NCBI GenBank assembly: GCA_025359065.1
Contig: JANYHM010000093.1
Location: 22,571-86,570 of the forward strand
Direction: 5' to 3'
DNA: 64,000 nt
Origin: Synechococcales cyanobacterium GL140_1_metabinner_5_sub
GTDB taxonomy: Bacteria; Cyanobacteriota; Cyanobacteriia; Cyanobacteriales; Chamaesiphonaceae
Below are positions 40,822-50,465 of the stretch, piece after piece (the first letter of the stretch is position 1; the number at the start of each line of letters is the position of its first letter). The notes beneath the pieces were generated by a model that was given only the letters and a program-made list of their open reading frames with translations, was not told the origin of the DNA and did not search any database. The position numbers and the translations under genes were made by a program.

Positions 40822-41175
40822 TCAAATTCCCTGATAGAAACTACAGCCCGCACAAGGGCCAATGGGCACTACAGCACAGCGAATTAACTCTGATCGAGCA
40901 TTGAAACTACAGCTAGCATCCCCAATAATCCAATGACCATCAATTAAACTGCGCTCCTTCGGTCGATCGGCCACCTGCACATACAAAGAAATCTTCGACA
41001 ACCGATAGCGCCCCGCTCTGTATTGATAACAGTGACGACGCTCTAACACCACGTAAGTAATATTGTCTAAATTTAAATAATCACCAGGCTGCGGAGTCCA
41101 ATCTAGAGTTAGTTTATTGATCTTCGCCTGAGATTGACTAAGAATCACCTCAGTGGGTAAAGAGTAGGCTTCCAT
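40822..41175 (-). CDS. Cys-containing hypothetical protein (117 aa) downstream of ocp; not FRP-like
   Basis: ORF only, with a C-terminal CAGC...C cluster. Shows none of the all-helical FRP features. Confidence 0.45.
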   Translation of the reverse strand: MEAYSLPTEVILSQSQAKINKLTLDWTPQPGDYLNLDNITYVVLERRHCYQYRAGRYRLSKISLYVQVADRPKERSLIDGHWIIGDASCSFNARSELIRCAVVPIGPCAGCSFYQGI

Positions 41176-41221
41176 CGCATTTTACAAAAGTCCAGGCTCA
41201 CATCGTACCAAATATTACAGA

Positions 41222-41262
41222 ATCCAAAAATTAAAATATCAAACCCGCCCTTCGGCGGGTTT
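41222..41262 (-). terminator. Intrinsic terminator of the orange carotenoid protein gene
   Basis: aaacccgcc-cttc-ggcgggttt hairpin followed on the minus strand by GATATTTTAATTTTT. Confidence 0.65.
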
Positions 41263-41297
41263 GATAAAAACCATTGATTCCAGTAAATCGACGAATC

Positions 41298-42248
41298 CTA
41301 ACGAATCAAATTCAACAGCTCTTTAGGAGAAGCCAAAAGATCGATCGCTACAAAGAAAATCTTGCCCTGAGGATCCAACAAAAAGCGCCAAGCCATGTTC
41401 ATACCAACGTTTGCACCAAACCAAGGAGTTTGTACTTTGCCTGTTACCTTAACTTGATTGAAGTTACCTTCTGCCGGCTCATTAGTACCGCGCTCAGGAA
41501 TTAGCTTCAAATTTTGGCACTCTTCTTGCAAGTAGCGAAAAACTGCTTCTTTGCCCACGATCGGTCTTTGGAAAGGAGGCTGTAATGCGCCATCAGCAGC
41601 AAACAGCTCAATCACTGCATCAAAGTCGTTGGCATTCATGTTATTGATGTAGCTCAAGACAGTAGCATTATCAACGCCTTTGATCGCCACCTTGCTACGC
41701 TCACTGATTTCTTGAGGCAACACCATCGGCTCCGAAACCTTCACAGTGCCTTCGCCAATGTAGCCCATATCTACCACGGTGTTCCGCAGTACGGTGATCT
41801 GCTGACCTTGCTCTAAGTCACGGATGGCTTGCAGAATAGCAGCCGCGTTAGCCGAGAGCTTATATCCTTCAGGAATAGGAGCTACGGCACCTTCAGCCAT
41901 CCATTCGCCCAACTGATACCAGAAACCAAGTTTGATGTTGGGAGTAAATACGCCGTAAGCACGGCAAATTTCGTTGTCGGTGCGGTTTGCCAAGTCGCAC
42001 ATAGCCTGAGATTGCTCAGTGAAAGACATTGCTTTGATTTTGTTCAATAAACCTTGAGCCAAAATCATGCTAGCTGCGCCAGGGGCCGCAACAGTAATGG
42101 TGGTGCCCATTTCTTCGTAAGCAAACCAAATTAAAGCAAGCTGATCTTCTGCGTTGAGTTGATTAAAACGGGCAATAGTAGCTGGCACCGCGTCAGCGGC
42201 GAGAGTTCCGGGAAAAATACCGCGTGCGGAATCGATGGTGAATGCCAT
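41298..42248 (-). CDS. ocp: Orange carotenoid protein (OCP, full-length NTD+CTD)
   Basis: Start at MAFTIDSARGIFPGTLAADAVPATIARFNQLNAEDQLALIWFAY. Near-colinear identity with Synechocystis Slr1963 over the whole 317 aa (e.g. PERGTNEPAEGNFNQVKVTGKVQTPWFGANVGMNMAWRFLLDPQGKIFFVAIDLLASPKELLN). Confidence 0.95.
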   Translation of the reverse strand: MAFTIDSARGIFPGTLAADAVPATIARFNQLNAEDQLALIWFAYEEMGTTITVAAPGAASMILAQGLLNKIKAMSFTEQSQAMCDLANRTDNEICRAYGVFTPNIKLGFWYQLGEWMAEGAVAPIPEGYKLSANAAAILQAIRDLEQGQQITVLRNTVVDMGYIGEGTVKVSEPMVLPQEISERSKVAIKGVDNATVLSYINNMNANDFDAVIELFAADGALQPPFQRPIVGKEAVFRYLQEECQNLKLIPERGTNEPAEGNFNQVKVTGKVQTPWFGANVGMNMAWRFLLDPQGKIFFVAIDLLASPKELLNLIR

Positions 42249-42372
42249 GGCTAGTGAGGTACTCCTTGTGTATCTGACGACTAAATTATTCTTATTATGC
42301 GCTGATGCAGCGGCTTTTTTTCGTATCTTCAAAATACCTTATTACATTTTTGTTGCGAAAGTAAATAAATCT

Positions 42373-43056
42373 TTACATTTTTTTTAAAGATGGCAATCTA
42401 TACCAGGGCATTTGAGGATATTTGTGGTGTTCCCAGTGGTATCCGAAGTGGTAGCAGGTCAGCAGTGACCAAACCGGATGAAGATTAGTACTATGAATCG
42501 ACACCTCTGCACTGACGGTGGGTTTGTGGGGCAAGTAAGTGCCAAAATAAAAGAGCTGTAGAGAACTTAGCAGAATAGGGAGTACCCAAAGCAGCAAGAG
42601 ATTGAGAATAGAAACTTGCAGAATGTAATGAGCGATCAAAAACATCGCACCCATCCCGATGAAAAGCTTCAGAGCTTGAGCGCGATCGATATACCCACCC
42701 ATAAACTTGCTGTACCACCCCCAAAACCCTTGATCGAAGAAATCTGGATCAAACTCCGTAGCAGGATGCTGATGGTGCAAAGAATGTTTATTCAGCAGAG
42801 TTTCGTAAGGCAACAGAGCGTAGAGTGCGGTAGAGATAATGCCGATCCACCGATTCCAATGGGGTCGATCGATACAAATACTGCCGTGCATGGCATCGTG
42901 TGCCGTAATAAACAGACCAGTCTGTAAAAAAGTCCTGACTAACAGTAAACAGATCCACCAAAGAGGTTGAATGGACAGATCGATCAAACAGGCTGCCCAT
43001 AAACTGAGCGCCCAAGCAATCATTAATGATAAAGATATCCAAAGACCCACGGGCAA
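42373..43056 (-). CDS. crtW: Beta-carotene 4-ketolase (CrtW-type)
   Basis: His motifs [14 protein letters not shown] and HWEHHKYP are present, with four TM segments. Sits immediately upstream of ocp on the same strand. Confidence 0.8.
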   Translation of the reverse strand: MPVGLWISLSLMIAWALSLWAACLIDLSIQPLWWICLLLVRTFLQTGLFITAHDAMHGSICIDRPHWNRWIGIISTALYALLPYETLLNKHSLHHQHPATEFDPDFFDQGFWGWYSKFMGGYIDRAQALKLFIGMGAMFLIAHYILQVSILNLLLLWVLPILLSSLQLFYFGTYLPHKPTVSAEVSIHSTNLHPVWSLLTCYHFGYHWEHHKYPQMPWYRLPSLKKM

Positions 43057-43132
43057 TTCGGCAAACTTGCAAGATGGTTACCTGAGTTTAGCTGATATGG
43101 ATCTACAATATCTATTTCTGATGCAGGGCTTT

Positions 43133-43678
43133 ATGAATACTCCGACAAACTTTCAAGTCGTGGAAATCCTCTCACCCGAAGAAATGCGTCGCACCATTAA
43201 ACGAATGGCCGCAGAAATCGTGGAGAGCTGTCGTAATTTAGCAGAAGTAGTGCTGGTGGGTATTTACACTCGTGGTGTACCCCTAGCTAAAGCCCTCGGC
43301 CAACAAATTGCCGAGTTGGAGGGGGTCGAGTTATCAGTCTCGACGATCGACATCACTTTTTACCGCGATGACCTGCAATCTAACAAAGTCCGTACTCCGG
43401 TGCGCAGCCAAATCGACGCAGATATCAACGGCAAAATAGTTGTCTTAGTAGATGACGTAATTTACAAAGGTCGCACCGCCCGCGCCAGCTTAAACGCCCT
43501 AGCCGAATATGGCCGCCCCGATCGGATTCTTTTGGCGGTGTTGGTTGATCGAGGTCACCGCCAGCTCCCCATCCAGCCAGATTTTGTCGGTAAACGCCTG
43601 CCCACATCTCATGAGGAACAGGTGCGGGTGTATTTTCACGACACCGACGGTCGCGATACTGTGGAGCTGGTGCGCTAG
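43133..43678 (+). CDS. pyrR: Pyrimidine operon regulator / uracil phosphoribosyltransferase PyrR
   Basis: Type I PRTase motif [16 protein letters not shown] and the PyrR blocks [24 protein letters not shown] and [10 protein letters not shown] set the start at [14 protein letters not shown]. Confidence 0.85.
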   Translation: MNTPTNFQVVEILSPEEMRRTIKRMAAEIVESCRNLAEVVLVGIYTRGVPLAKALGQQIAELEGVELSVSTIDITFYRDDLQSNKVRTPVRSQIDADINGKIVVLVDDVIYKGRTARASLNALAEYGRPDRILLAVLVDRGHRQLPIQPDFVGKRLPTSHEEQVRVYFHDTDGRDTVELVR

Positions 43679-43712
43679 ATTAAGAAGAACTAAACGGACA
43701 GAGATTCTTTTT

Positions 43713-45779
43713 ATGACGAACCCCCTTCTAACCGGACATGGCTTACCCCCTTTTGCTGAAATTTTGCCAGAGCATGTGGAGCCAGCGATCGAGCAGCTAT
43801 TACAAACAGTCAACGCCGAGCTGACTGAACTAGAACAAAATTTTAAGCCTACCTGGACTGGCCTGATTGAACCAGCCGACTTATTAGGCGAAAAACTGAC
43901 TTGGGCGTGGGGAATTATTGGTCATTTAATGGGTGTGAAAAATAGCCCAGAACTCCGCACTGCCTATGAAAATAGCCAGCCCGCAGTAGTGCAGTTTTTT
44001 ATGCGCATGGGTCAGAGTCAAGCCTTGTATCAAGGACTAAAAGATATCAGTGCCGGTACCGACTGGGCCAGCATGAATAAAGCCCAACAGCGAATTATTG
44101 AAGCAGGCATCCGCGATGCGAAGTTGTCTGGAGTAGGCTTAACTGGTGAAAAAAGCGAAAGATTCAACGCTATTCAGCTAGAGCTAGCAGAACTAGGCAA
44201 TCTATTTTCTAACAACGTGCTGGATGCCACTAAAGATTTCAATTTAGACCTGACCGACCCTATTGATGTAGCTGGTCTACCCCCTAGCTTACTGGCGCAA
44301 GCCGCCCAAGCTAGCCGTGCTGGTGGCAGTGAGGCTACTCCCGAAAGTGGCCCCTGGCGCATTACCCTCGATTATCCTAGCTATGTGCCATTTATGGAAC
44401 ACAGCAAACAGCGCCATCTCCGTGAAAAAGTCTACAAGGCTTTTGTGGGTAGAGCCGCCAGTGGCGAAAAAGATAACTGCGGCAACATTGAGCAGATTTT
44501 GATTCTCAAACGAGAAATGGCTCAAATCCTCGGGTTTGATAGCTTTGCAGAAATGAGCTTGGCCAGCAAAATGGCTCCCAACGTGGCAGCCGTAGAGGAT
44601 TTGTTGGAATCGCTACGCAAGGTCAGCTTACCAGCAGCCACCAAAGAGCGCCAAGAACTTCAGGCTTTTGCTCAGAGCCAAGATGCCAATTTCACCGAGC
44701 TAATGCCTTGGGATGCGGCTTTTTGGGCAGAGCGGTTACGGGAACAGAAATATGACTTTAACGACGAAGAACTGCGCCCTTATTTCCCCTTAGAACAAGT
44801 TTTATCGGGGCTATTTGGTTTAGCTGATAAATTGTTTGGCATCGAAGTTACTGCTGCCGATGGTCAAGCCCCAATTTGGCACCCAGACGTGCGCTATTTC
44901 CAAGTGAAAAAAGATGGAGAGCCGATCGCTTTTTTCTACTTAGATCCCTACAGTCGCCCCGGTGAAAAACGCGGTGGAGCCTGGATGGATGATTGTGTTG
45001 GGCGAGCAAAGTTCACCAACATAGAGGGCGTGCGTTTACCAGTAGCTTATTTAGTCTGTAATCAAACTCCACCGGTAGATGACAAACCCAGCTTGATGAG
45101 CTTTGGTGAAGTAGAAACGTTGTTCCATGAATTTGGCCATGGTTTGCAGCACATGTTAACTACAGTAGACTATGCGGGCTGCTCGGGGATTCGTAATGTG
45201 GAATGGGATGCGGTGGAGTTGCCTAGTCAGTTTATGGAAAACTGGTGCTATCATCGATCGACTCTCCTCAGCATGGGCAAGCACTACGAAACCGGCGAGC
45301 CGTTACCCGATCACTACTATGACAAATTAGTAGCAGCTAAGAATTTTATGAGCGGCAGCGCTATGCTACGCCAAATTCATTTTAGCTGGGTAGATATCGC
45401 GCTACACCATGAGTATGTAGCGGGCGCTGGCCGCACAGCTAACGATCTGCGCTTAGATATTGCCAAGAAGACTACAGTAGTACTGCCAATTCCCGAAGAT
45501 CGCTTCTTGTGTTCTTTTGGTCACATTTTTGCCGGAGGCTATTCAGCGGGCTATTATAGCTATAAGTGGGCAGAAGTCCTCAGCGCCGATGCTTTCGCGG
45601 CTTTTGAGGATGCTGGTCTGGATGATCCGCAAGCGGTGCAAGCTACAGGCCGTCGTTTCCGCGATACGGTGCTAGCCCTGGGCGGCAGTGAACCTCCAGC
45701 GGTGGTTTTTGAGTCTTTCCGAGGCCGCGAACCAGAACCAACAGCTCTATTAAGACATAGTGGTTTGCTGGCTTCCTAA
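43713..45779 (+). CDS. prlC: M3-family oligopeptidase A
   Basis: HEFGHGLQH (HExxH) with a downstream Glu in a roughly 688-aa protein. I set the start at MTNPLLTGHGLPPF; the track ORF starts at 43509. Confidence 0.85.
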   Translation: MTNPLLTGHGLPPFAEILPEHVEPAIEQLLQTVNAELTELEQNFKPTWTGLIEPADLLGEKLTWAWGIIGHLMGVKNSPELRTAYENSQPAVVQFFMRMGQSQALYQGLKDISAGTDWASMNKAQQRIIEAGIRDAKLSGVGLTGEKSERFNAIQLELAELGNLFSNNVLDATKDFNLDLTDPIDVAGLPPSLLAQAAQASRAGGSEATPESGPWRITLDYPSYVPFMEHSKQRHLREKVYKAFVGRAASGEKDNCGNIEQILILKREMAQILGFDSFAEMSLASKMAPNVAAVEDLLESLRKVSLPAATKERQELQAFAQSQDANFTELMPWDAAFWAERLREQKYDFNDEELRPYFPLEQVLSGLFGLADKLFGIEVTAADGQAPIWHPDVRYFQVKKDGEPIAFFYLDPYSRPGEKRGGAWMDDCVGRAKFTNIEGVRLPVAYLVCNQTPPVDDKPSLMSFGEVETLFHEFGHGLQHMLTTVDYAGCSGIRNVEWDAVELPSQFMENWCYHRSTLLSMGKHYETGEPLPDHYYDKLVAAKNFMSGSAMLRQIHFSWVDIALHHEYVAGAGRTANDLRLDIAKKTTVVLPIPEDRFLCSFGHIFAGGYSAGYYSYKWAEVLSADAFAAFEDAGLDDPQAVQATGRRFRDTVLALGGSEPPAVVFESFRGREPEPTALLRHSGLLAS

Positions 45780-45889
45780 GAATCCAATTGTGAAGTGGGC
45801 TGTTGCTTAAGTTCTAGTGATGCTAGCACTGCCCACGTTCACTGATTACAATGAAAAAATATGCCAGTTATTTTCGCATTCAATATCCT

Positions 45890-46732
45890 TTATTTACTTC
45901 CCTCTTCTGATAGTTGATTCAAATATTTAGGGGCGAAAACACTATCAGTTTTCTGATCCAATACCTGAAGTACAAAATGAGCAAGATCATATGAATGTAG
46001 CAAATCATGTGCAATCACCGCATACTTTTGCAGTTTGGTTACATCTAAATCACTAAGATCCATCCAGTCTTTAACATAAATTGCATCTGACCAAAGCATT
46101 TGGCGTAGACCCTGATTAACATCATTATTCAGAACCAGTGGCTTAAATGCACGGCCACCAAACCCATTGAATGTATGAAACTGAAACCCAATCTCTCTCA
46201 AGAACATGTCTACATCAGCAAACATTGGTTGCCCTTTATAAAGTTCCAAAAATTCGACTTCTGTTTGAATTACCAGCGTCCCAGCTAAAGCCTGCACGGC
46301 ATTTTGGAAAACCGCAAGTTCACCACCTTGAATATCAATCTTGAAAAAATCCACATCGCCAATATCAGCAATATCATCAACTTTTGTGGTTGTCACTGCA
46401 TGTGTTGCTACCGGTGTAACCAATTCTGCCAAATTTTGAAATTTCTCTAGCAGCGAAGAATTTGGCTCATACAGGGAACCAGTTAGCATCCAATTGGTTT
46501 CATGAAAAGTCCCTGGTTTGCCATCACCAACAAAATGCGGAAAGAAACGATGTGGTTCTCCGTACTCAAGATTCAGTCGTTCACATTCTTCAGCGTTTGG
46601 CTCAAAGCCAATGATTCTCGCCCGTCCAGCATCCACGAGTGATTGATATGGTGGTTCTTCGCTGAACGATGCTCCAATGTCTAGAATATTGATCTGAAAA
46701 TCTTCTGGAAAATAATCTAACAGACTCCACAT
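45890..46732 (-). CDS. FkbM-family SAM-dependent methyltransferase in an AT-rich islet
   Basis: NILDIGASFSEE...IIGFEPN... is an FkbM-type fold motif. Local GC is about 38-40%. Confidence 0.65.
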   Translation of the reverse strand: MWSLLDYFPEDFQINILDIGASFSEEPPYQSLVDAGRARIIGFEPNAEECERLNLEYGEPHRFFPHFVGDGKPGTFHETNWMLTGSLYEPNSSLLEKFQNLAELVTPVATHAVTTTKVDDIADIGDVDFFKIDIQGGELAVFQNAVQALAGTLVIQTEVEFLELYKGQPMFADVDMFLREIGFQFHTFNGFGGRAFKPLVLNNDVNQGLRQMLWSDAIYVKDWMDLSDLDVTKLQKYAVIAHDLLHSYDLAHFVLQVLDQKTDSVFAPKYLNQLSEEGSK

Positions 46733-46882
46733 TGGATTTGCACCTCATCAATTAATCAATAAAGAAATAGACTTGTTAGATTTTCTAATTAGCAGTAGTC
46801 AACGATTTTGCGAATTCTCATAGCTTCGCTAGTCAATTGTCGTTGTGCTATTGTCTATCTTCTCCCAGTATTCCCTTTTATT

Positions 46883-47818
46883 TTAAAGATTTCCCAAAAC
46901 TACCTTAGGACATAATAATGAGCCATTGCTGCTAGTTTTGCTAAAACCAATTCCCAGTAAACTAAATACATCGCTGGTCGATTCTCCCTCATTTAGCAAT
47001 CCACTAACCACTAAAGGCCGATCGCTAACTTCCAAATCTGGCCATAAGATCGGCTTCCCCTGATACCAGTCAGCTACCTGTACTGCGGACAATTCCAACC
47101 GAGGCAAATGGGCTAAAGCTACCAATGGTGATTGTAAGTTGAAGTTTCCTGCTGCAATCGCCGCAAAGTCTACCGCATCAGCCAAAAATAAATTACAGCT
47201 CTGAGTTCTCACCAAATTCACCAAAGTAGCCACCGAACCCACCGCTAACCCCAAATCTCGGGCGATCGAGCGAATATAAGTACCACCTCCACAGGTGATC
47301 TCCACCGTCAACTCTGGAAAGTCACCGGCCTGCCAATCCAACACTAAAATCTCCTTCACCTCCACCTGGCGAGGCGGCACTGCAATCTGATCGATCGGCA
47401 CCCCTGATCGCGCCAAATCGTACAGCCTCTTACCATCTACCTGAATTGCACTGTAGACCGGCGGCACCTGAGTAATAGAGCCAATAAATTGGGGCAGCGC
47501 CGCCTGAATATCATCTAGAGTGAGATTGATCGCTCCTGGCTGTCTAATCACTTCTCCTTCTAAATCGTCCGTCGTAGTACAAACCCCCAACCGAATCACT
47601 GCCCGGTAGGCTTTCTCTGTCGGCAAATATTGTAACAATCGCGTAGAGCTGCCGATCGCCAAAGGCAAAACCCCTGTGGCCTTGGGGTCTAAAGTCCCGC
47701 CATGACCCACTTTCTTGGTCTTTAGCAGCCCCCTAACTTTGGCCACACAGTCATGAGAAGTCCAGTCCAAGGGCTTATAGAGGTTAAGAAATCCATTCAA
47801 TCTAGACACTGATTTCAT
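46883..47818 (-). CDS. truB: tRNA pseudouridine(55) synthase
   Basis: GFLNLYKPLDWTSHDCVAKVRGLLKTKKVGHGGTLDPKATGVLPLAIG carries the catalytic Asp in GTLDP. A C-terminal PUA-like region follows. Confidence 0.85.
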   Translation of the reverse strand: MKSVSRLNGFLNLYKPLDWTSHDCVAKVRGLLKTKKVGHGGTLDPKATGVLPLAIGSSTRLLQYLPTEKAYRAVIRLGVCTTTDDLEGEVIRQPGAINLTLDDIQAALPQFIGSITQVPPVYSAIQVDGKRLYDLARSGVPIDQIAVPPRQVEVKEILVLDWQAGDFPELTVEITCGGGTYIRSIARDLGLAVGSVATLVNLVRTQSCNLFLADAVDFAAIAAGNFNLQSPLVALAHLPRLELSAVQVADWYQGKPILWPDLEVSDRPLVVSGLLNEGESTSDVFSLLGIGFSKTSSNGSLLCPKVVLGNL

Positions 47819-47904
47819 ATCGACGATGAGAAAGGGCAACACAAACCTTAAGATAATATAAAGCTAACTTTTACTCACACAAATCTCGGTAGGAACTTAC
47901 CCCC

Positions 47905-49521
47905 ATGTCGATAGCTTCGCTTGCGCCAGAGGCGATCGGTTATGTTGCTCTCGTCTTACACGCCCATCTGCCCTTCGTTCGCCACCCGGAAAGCGACTTC
48001 GTACTCGAAGAAGAATGGTTATACGAAGCCATTACCGAAACTTATATTCCCCTATTACGAGTTTTCCAAGGACTAAAACGAGACGGGGTAGATTTCAAAA
48101 TCACTATGAGCATGACTCCACCATTGGTTTCTATGCTCCGTGACCCCTTATTACAAGAACGCTATGACGAACACCTGGGCAAGCTAGAAGAGCTATTAGT
48201 CAAAGAGATTGCCAATAACTCCCATCATGAACACGATGGACACATTAAGTATCTGGCCGAATATTACGCTCAAGACTTCGCCGAAATTCGCAAAATTTGG
48301 GAGCATTACAAGGGCGACCTAATCTTAGGCTTTAAGGAATTTTTAGACAGCGGCAACCTAGAAATTATTACCTGCGGTGCAACTCACGGCTACTTGCCGC
48401 TGATGAAAATGTATCCCCAAGCCGTTTGGTCTCAAATTAAAGTGGCCTGCGAGCATTACGAAGAAAACTTTGGCCGATCGCCGAAAGGTATTTGGCTGCC
48501 AGAATGTGCCTACTATGAAGGACTAGAGCGGATGCTGGCTGATGCTGGTCTGCGCTACTTCCTGACTGATGGCCATGGAATATTGTATGCTCGCCCCCGC
48601 CCTCGGTTTGGCACCTATGCCCCCATTTTCACTGAATCTGGTGTGGCAGTATTTGGTCGTGATCATGAATCATCCCAACAGGTATGGTCTTCTAAAGTCG
48701 GCTATCCCGGTGCGGCAGAGTACCGCGAATTCTACAAAGATTTAGGCTGGGAAGCAGACTATGAGTACATTAAGCCCTATATTATGCCCAATGGCCAGCG
48801 CAAAAATATCGGGATTAAATACCACAAAATTACTTCTAAGACTGGCCACCACAAAGACCTGTATGATCCTTACTGGGCAAAACGCAAAGCTGCCGATCAT
48901 GCCGGTGACTTTATGTTCAACCGCGAATTACAGGTCAGCAAGCTAGCAGACATAATGCATCGTCCGCCTTTGGTGGTTTCGCCTTATGATGCGGAGTTAT
49001 TTGGTCACTGGTGGTATGAAGGCCCTTGGTTTATTGATTACTTGTTTCGTAAGTCTTGGTTCGACCAAAGCACTTTTGCCATGACAAACTTAGCGGAGTA
49101 CTTGCAAAACAACCCCACCCAGCAAGTGGCCAAACCTTCCCAGTCGAGCTGGGGCTACAAAGGCTTCCATGAGTATTGGTTGAATGAAACCAACCAATGG
49201 GTCTATCCTCACCTGCATAAAGCCGCTGAGCGAATGATTGAGTTAGCTAACCGTGAGCCAGCCGATGAGCTAGAATGGCGGGCATTGAACCAGGCTGCGC
49301 GGGAGTTGCTATTGCTGCAATCTTCTGACTGGGCTTTTATTATGCGCACTGGTACCATGGTGCCTTATGCCATTAGACGGACTAAATCTCACCTGCTGCG
49401 TTTTTTGAAGCTTTATGAAGACATTAAAGCCGAACAAATAGATAGCGGCTGGTTGTCTAAAATTGAAGAAATGGATAATATTTTTCCGAATATTAACTAC
49501 CGCACCTATCGATCGATTTAA
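47905..49521 (+). CDS. GH57-family glycoside hydrolase (1,4-alpha-glucan branching enzyme/amylase-like)
   Basis: N-terminal GH57 signature ALVLHAHLPFVRHPE, with Glu/Asp catalytic regions. 538 aa. Confidence 0.75.
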   Translation: MSIASLAPEAIGYVALVLHAHLPFVRHPESDFVLEEEWLYEAITETYIPLLRVFQGLKRDGVDFKITMSMTPPLVSMLRDPLLQERYDEHLGKLEELLVKEIANNSHHEHDGHIKYLAEYYAQDFAEIRKIWEHYKGDLILGFKEFLDSGNLEIITCGATHGYLPLMKMYPQAVWSQIKVACEHYEENFGRSPKGIWLPECAYYEGLERMLADAGLRYFLTDGHGILYARPRPRFGTYAPIFTESGVAVFGRDHESSQQVWSSKVGYPGAAEYREFYKDLGWEADYEYIKPYIMPNGQRKNIGIKYHKITSKTGHHKDLYDPYWAKRKAADHAGDFMFNRELQVSKLADIMHRPPLVVSPYDAELFGHWWYEGPWFIDYLFRKSWFDQSTFAMTNLAEYLQNNPTQQVAKPSQSSWGYKGFHEYWLNETNQWVYPHLHKAAERMIELANREPADELEWRALNQAARELLLLQSSDWAFIMRTGTMVPYAIRRTKSHLLRFLKLYEDIKAEQIDSGWLSKIEEMDNIFPNINYRTYRSI

Positions 49522-49533
49522 CATCGCCAACAT

Positions 49534-50418
49534 ATGGATTTACTACGCTCTTTACCCCTAGGGCTGTATTTAGAACAGCCCGTAACTTGGCTGCATCGAC
49601 TCGACCCTAGGGTGAAAATAGCTTGGCTGCTGAGCTTTTTGTTTGCCACTATTTTGGCCAATGTATCCTGTCGGATTGCCTTGGTGGCGGTACTAATAGT
49701 AATTGCCTTGTCTGCCCGCATTCCCTGGCGGGCACTGAAACAACAGATTGGCTTTGTATTAATGTTTGGTGGCCTGCTGTTTGTGGCCTCAATATTTTTG
49801 CCAGATAGCACTACTACTATGCAGCAGCCCCGCCTGCCGATGGAATCAGTAGTAGTGACAAAATATCAGTTTGTGCTGTTGCAGTTTAAGCTGCTGGGCT
49901 GGAATTTTTTGGTAACTCGCAAGTCTTTGAATTTGGGGATTTACAGCAGTACTTTACTCTTCACCCTAATTTATAGTGCTACTGTATTTTTGCTAACTAC
50001 AGCTCCTGAAGAAATTACGGCTGGTCTCGAAAAGCTGATGCAGCCTTTAAAATATCTGAAGGTGCCGGTGACAGAAATTGCCCTTACTTTGACTCTGGCT
50101 TTGCGATTTATTCCACTAGTATTAGAAGAAATTCAAAACTTAGTTCGATCGATCACCACCCGAGGTATTAATTGGAAAAAGCTGGGGATGAAAAACAGTG
50201 CCAAGGTGTGGATGACAGTCAGCGAAAAGTTTCTAGAAAACCTGCTAATGCGCGCTGATCAAATTGCTACAGCTATGCAGTTGCGGGGGTTCACTACACC
50301 AAACGAGCATCAAGTAGAATGGCAACAGCTTCGGATTCGTACTGCTGACGTAATAGCATTAATATTTTTGATTGCTCTGTGGGTGGGTCGAGTAACCTGG
50401 GGACAAGATATGAGCTAG
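49534..50418 (+). CDS. ECF transporter transmembrane component EcfT (CbiQ family)
   Basis: CbiQ-type helices and a C-terminal coupling-helix region (RGFTTP). Confidence 0.7.
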   Translation: MDLLRSLPLGLYLEQPVTWLHRLDPRVKIAWLLSFLFATILANVSCRIALVAVLIVIALSARIPWRALKQQIGFVLMFGGLLFVASIFLPDSTTTMQQPRLPMESVVVTKYQFVLLQFKLLGWNFLVTRKSLNLGIYSSTLLFTLIYSATVFLLTTAPEEITAGLEKLMQPLKYLKVPVTEIALTLTLALRFIPLVLEEIQNLVRSITTRGINWKKLGMKNSAKVWMTVSEKFLENLLMRADQIATAMQLRGFTTPNEHQVEWQQLRIRTADVIALIFLIALWVGRVTWGQDMS

Positions 50419-50465
50419 CAGTGATAGCAACTTTGGTTACAATTGCTGATTAGCCAAAAGCTTTG

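Noticed and set aside
40822-41175. Tested whether the gene downstream of ocp is the fluorescence recovery protein
   Set aside because: The sequence is Cys-rich and not the all-helical, roughly 110-aa FRP pattern.
43057-43132. Searched for a PyrR-binding RNA hairpin or attenuator near pyrR
   Set aside because: No ARUCCNGNGAGG-like motif found. The site, if any, is probably upstream of pyr biosynthetic genes elsewhere.
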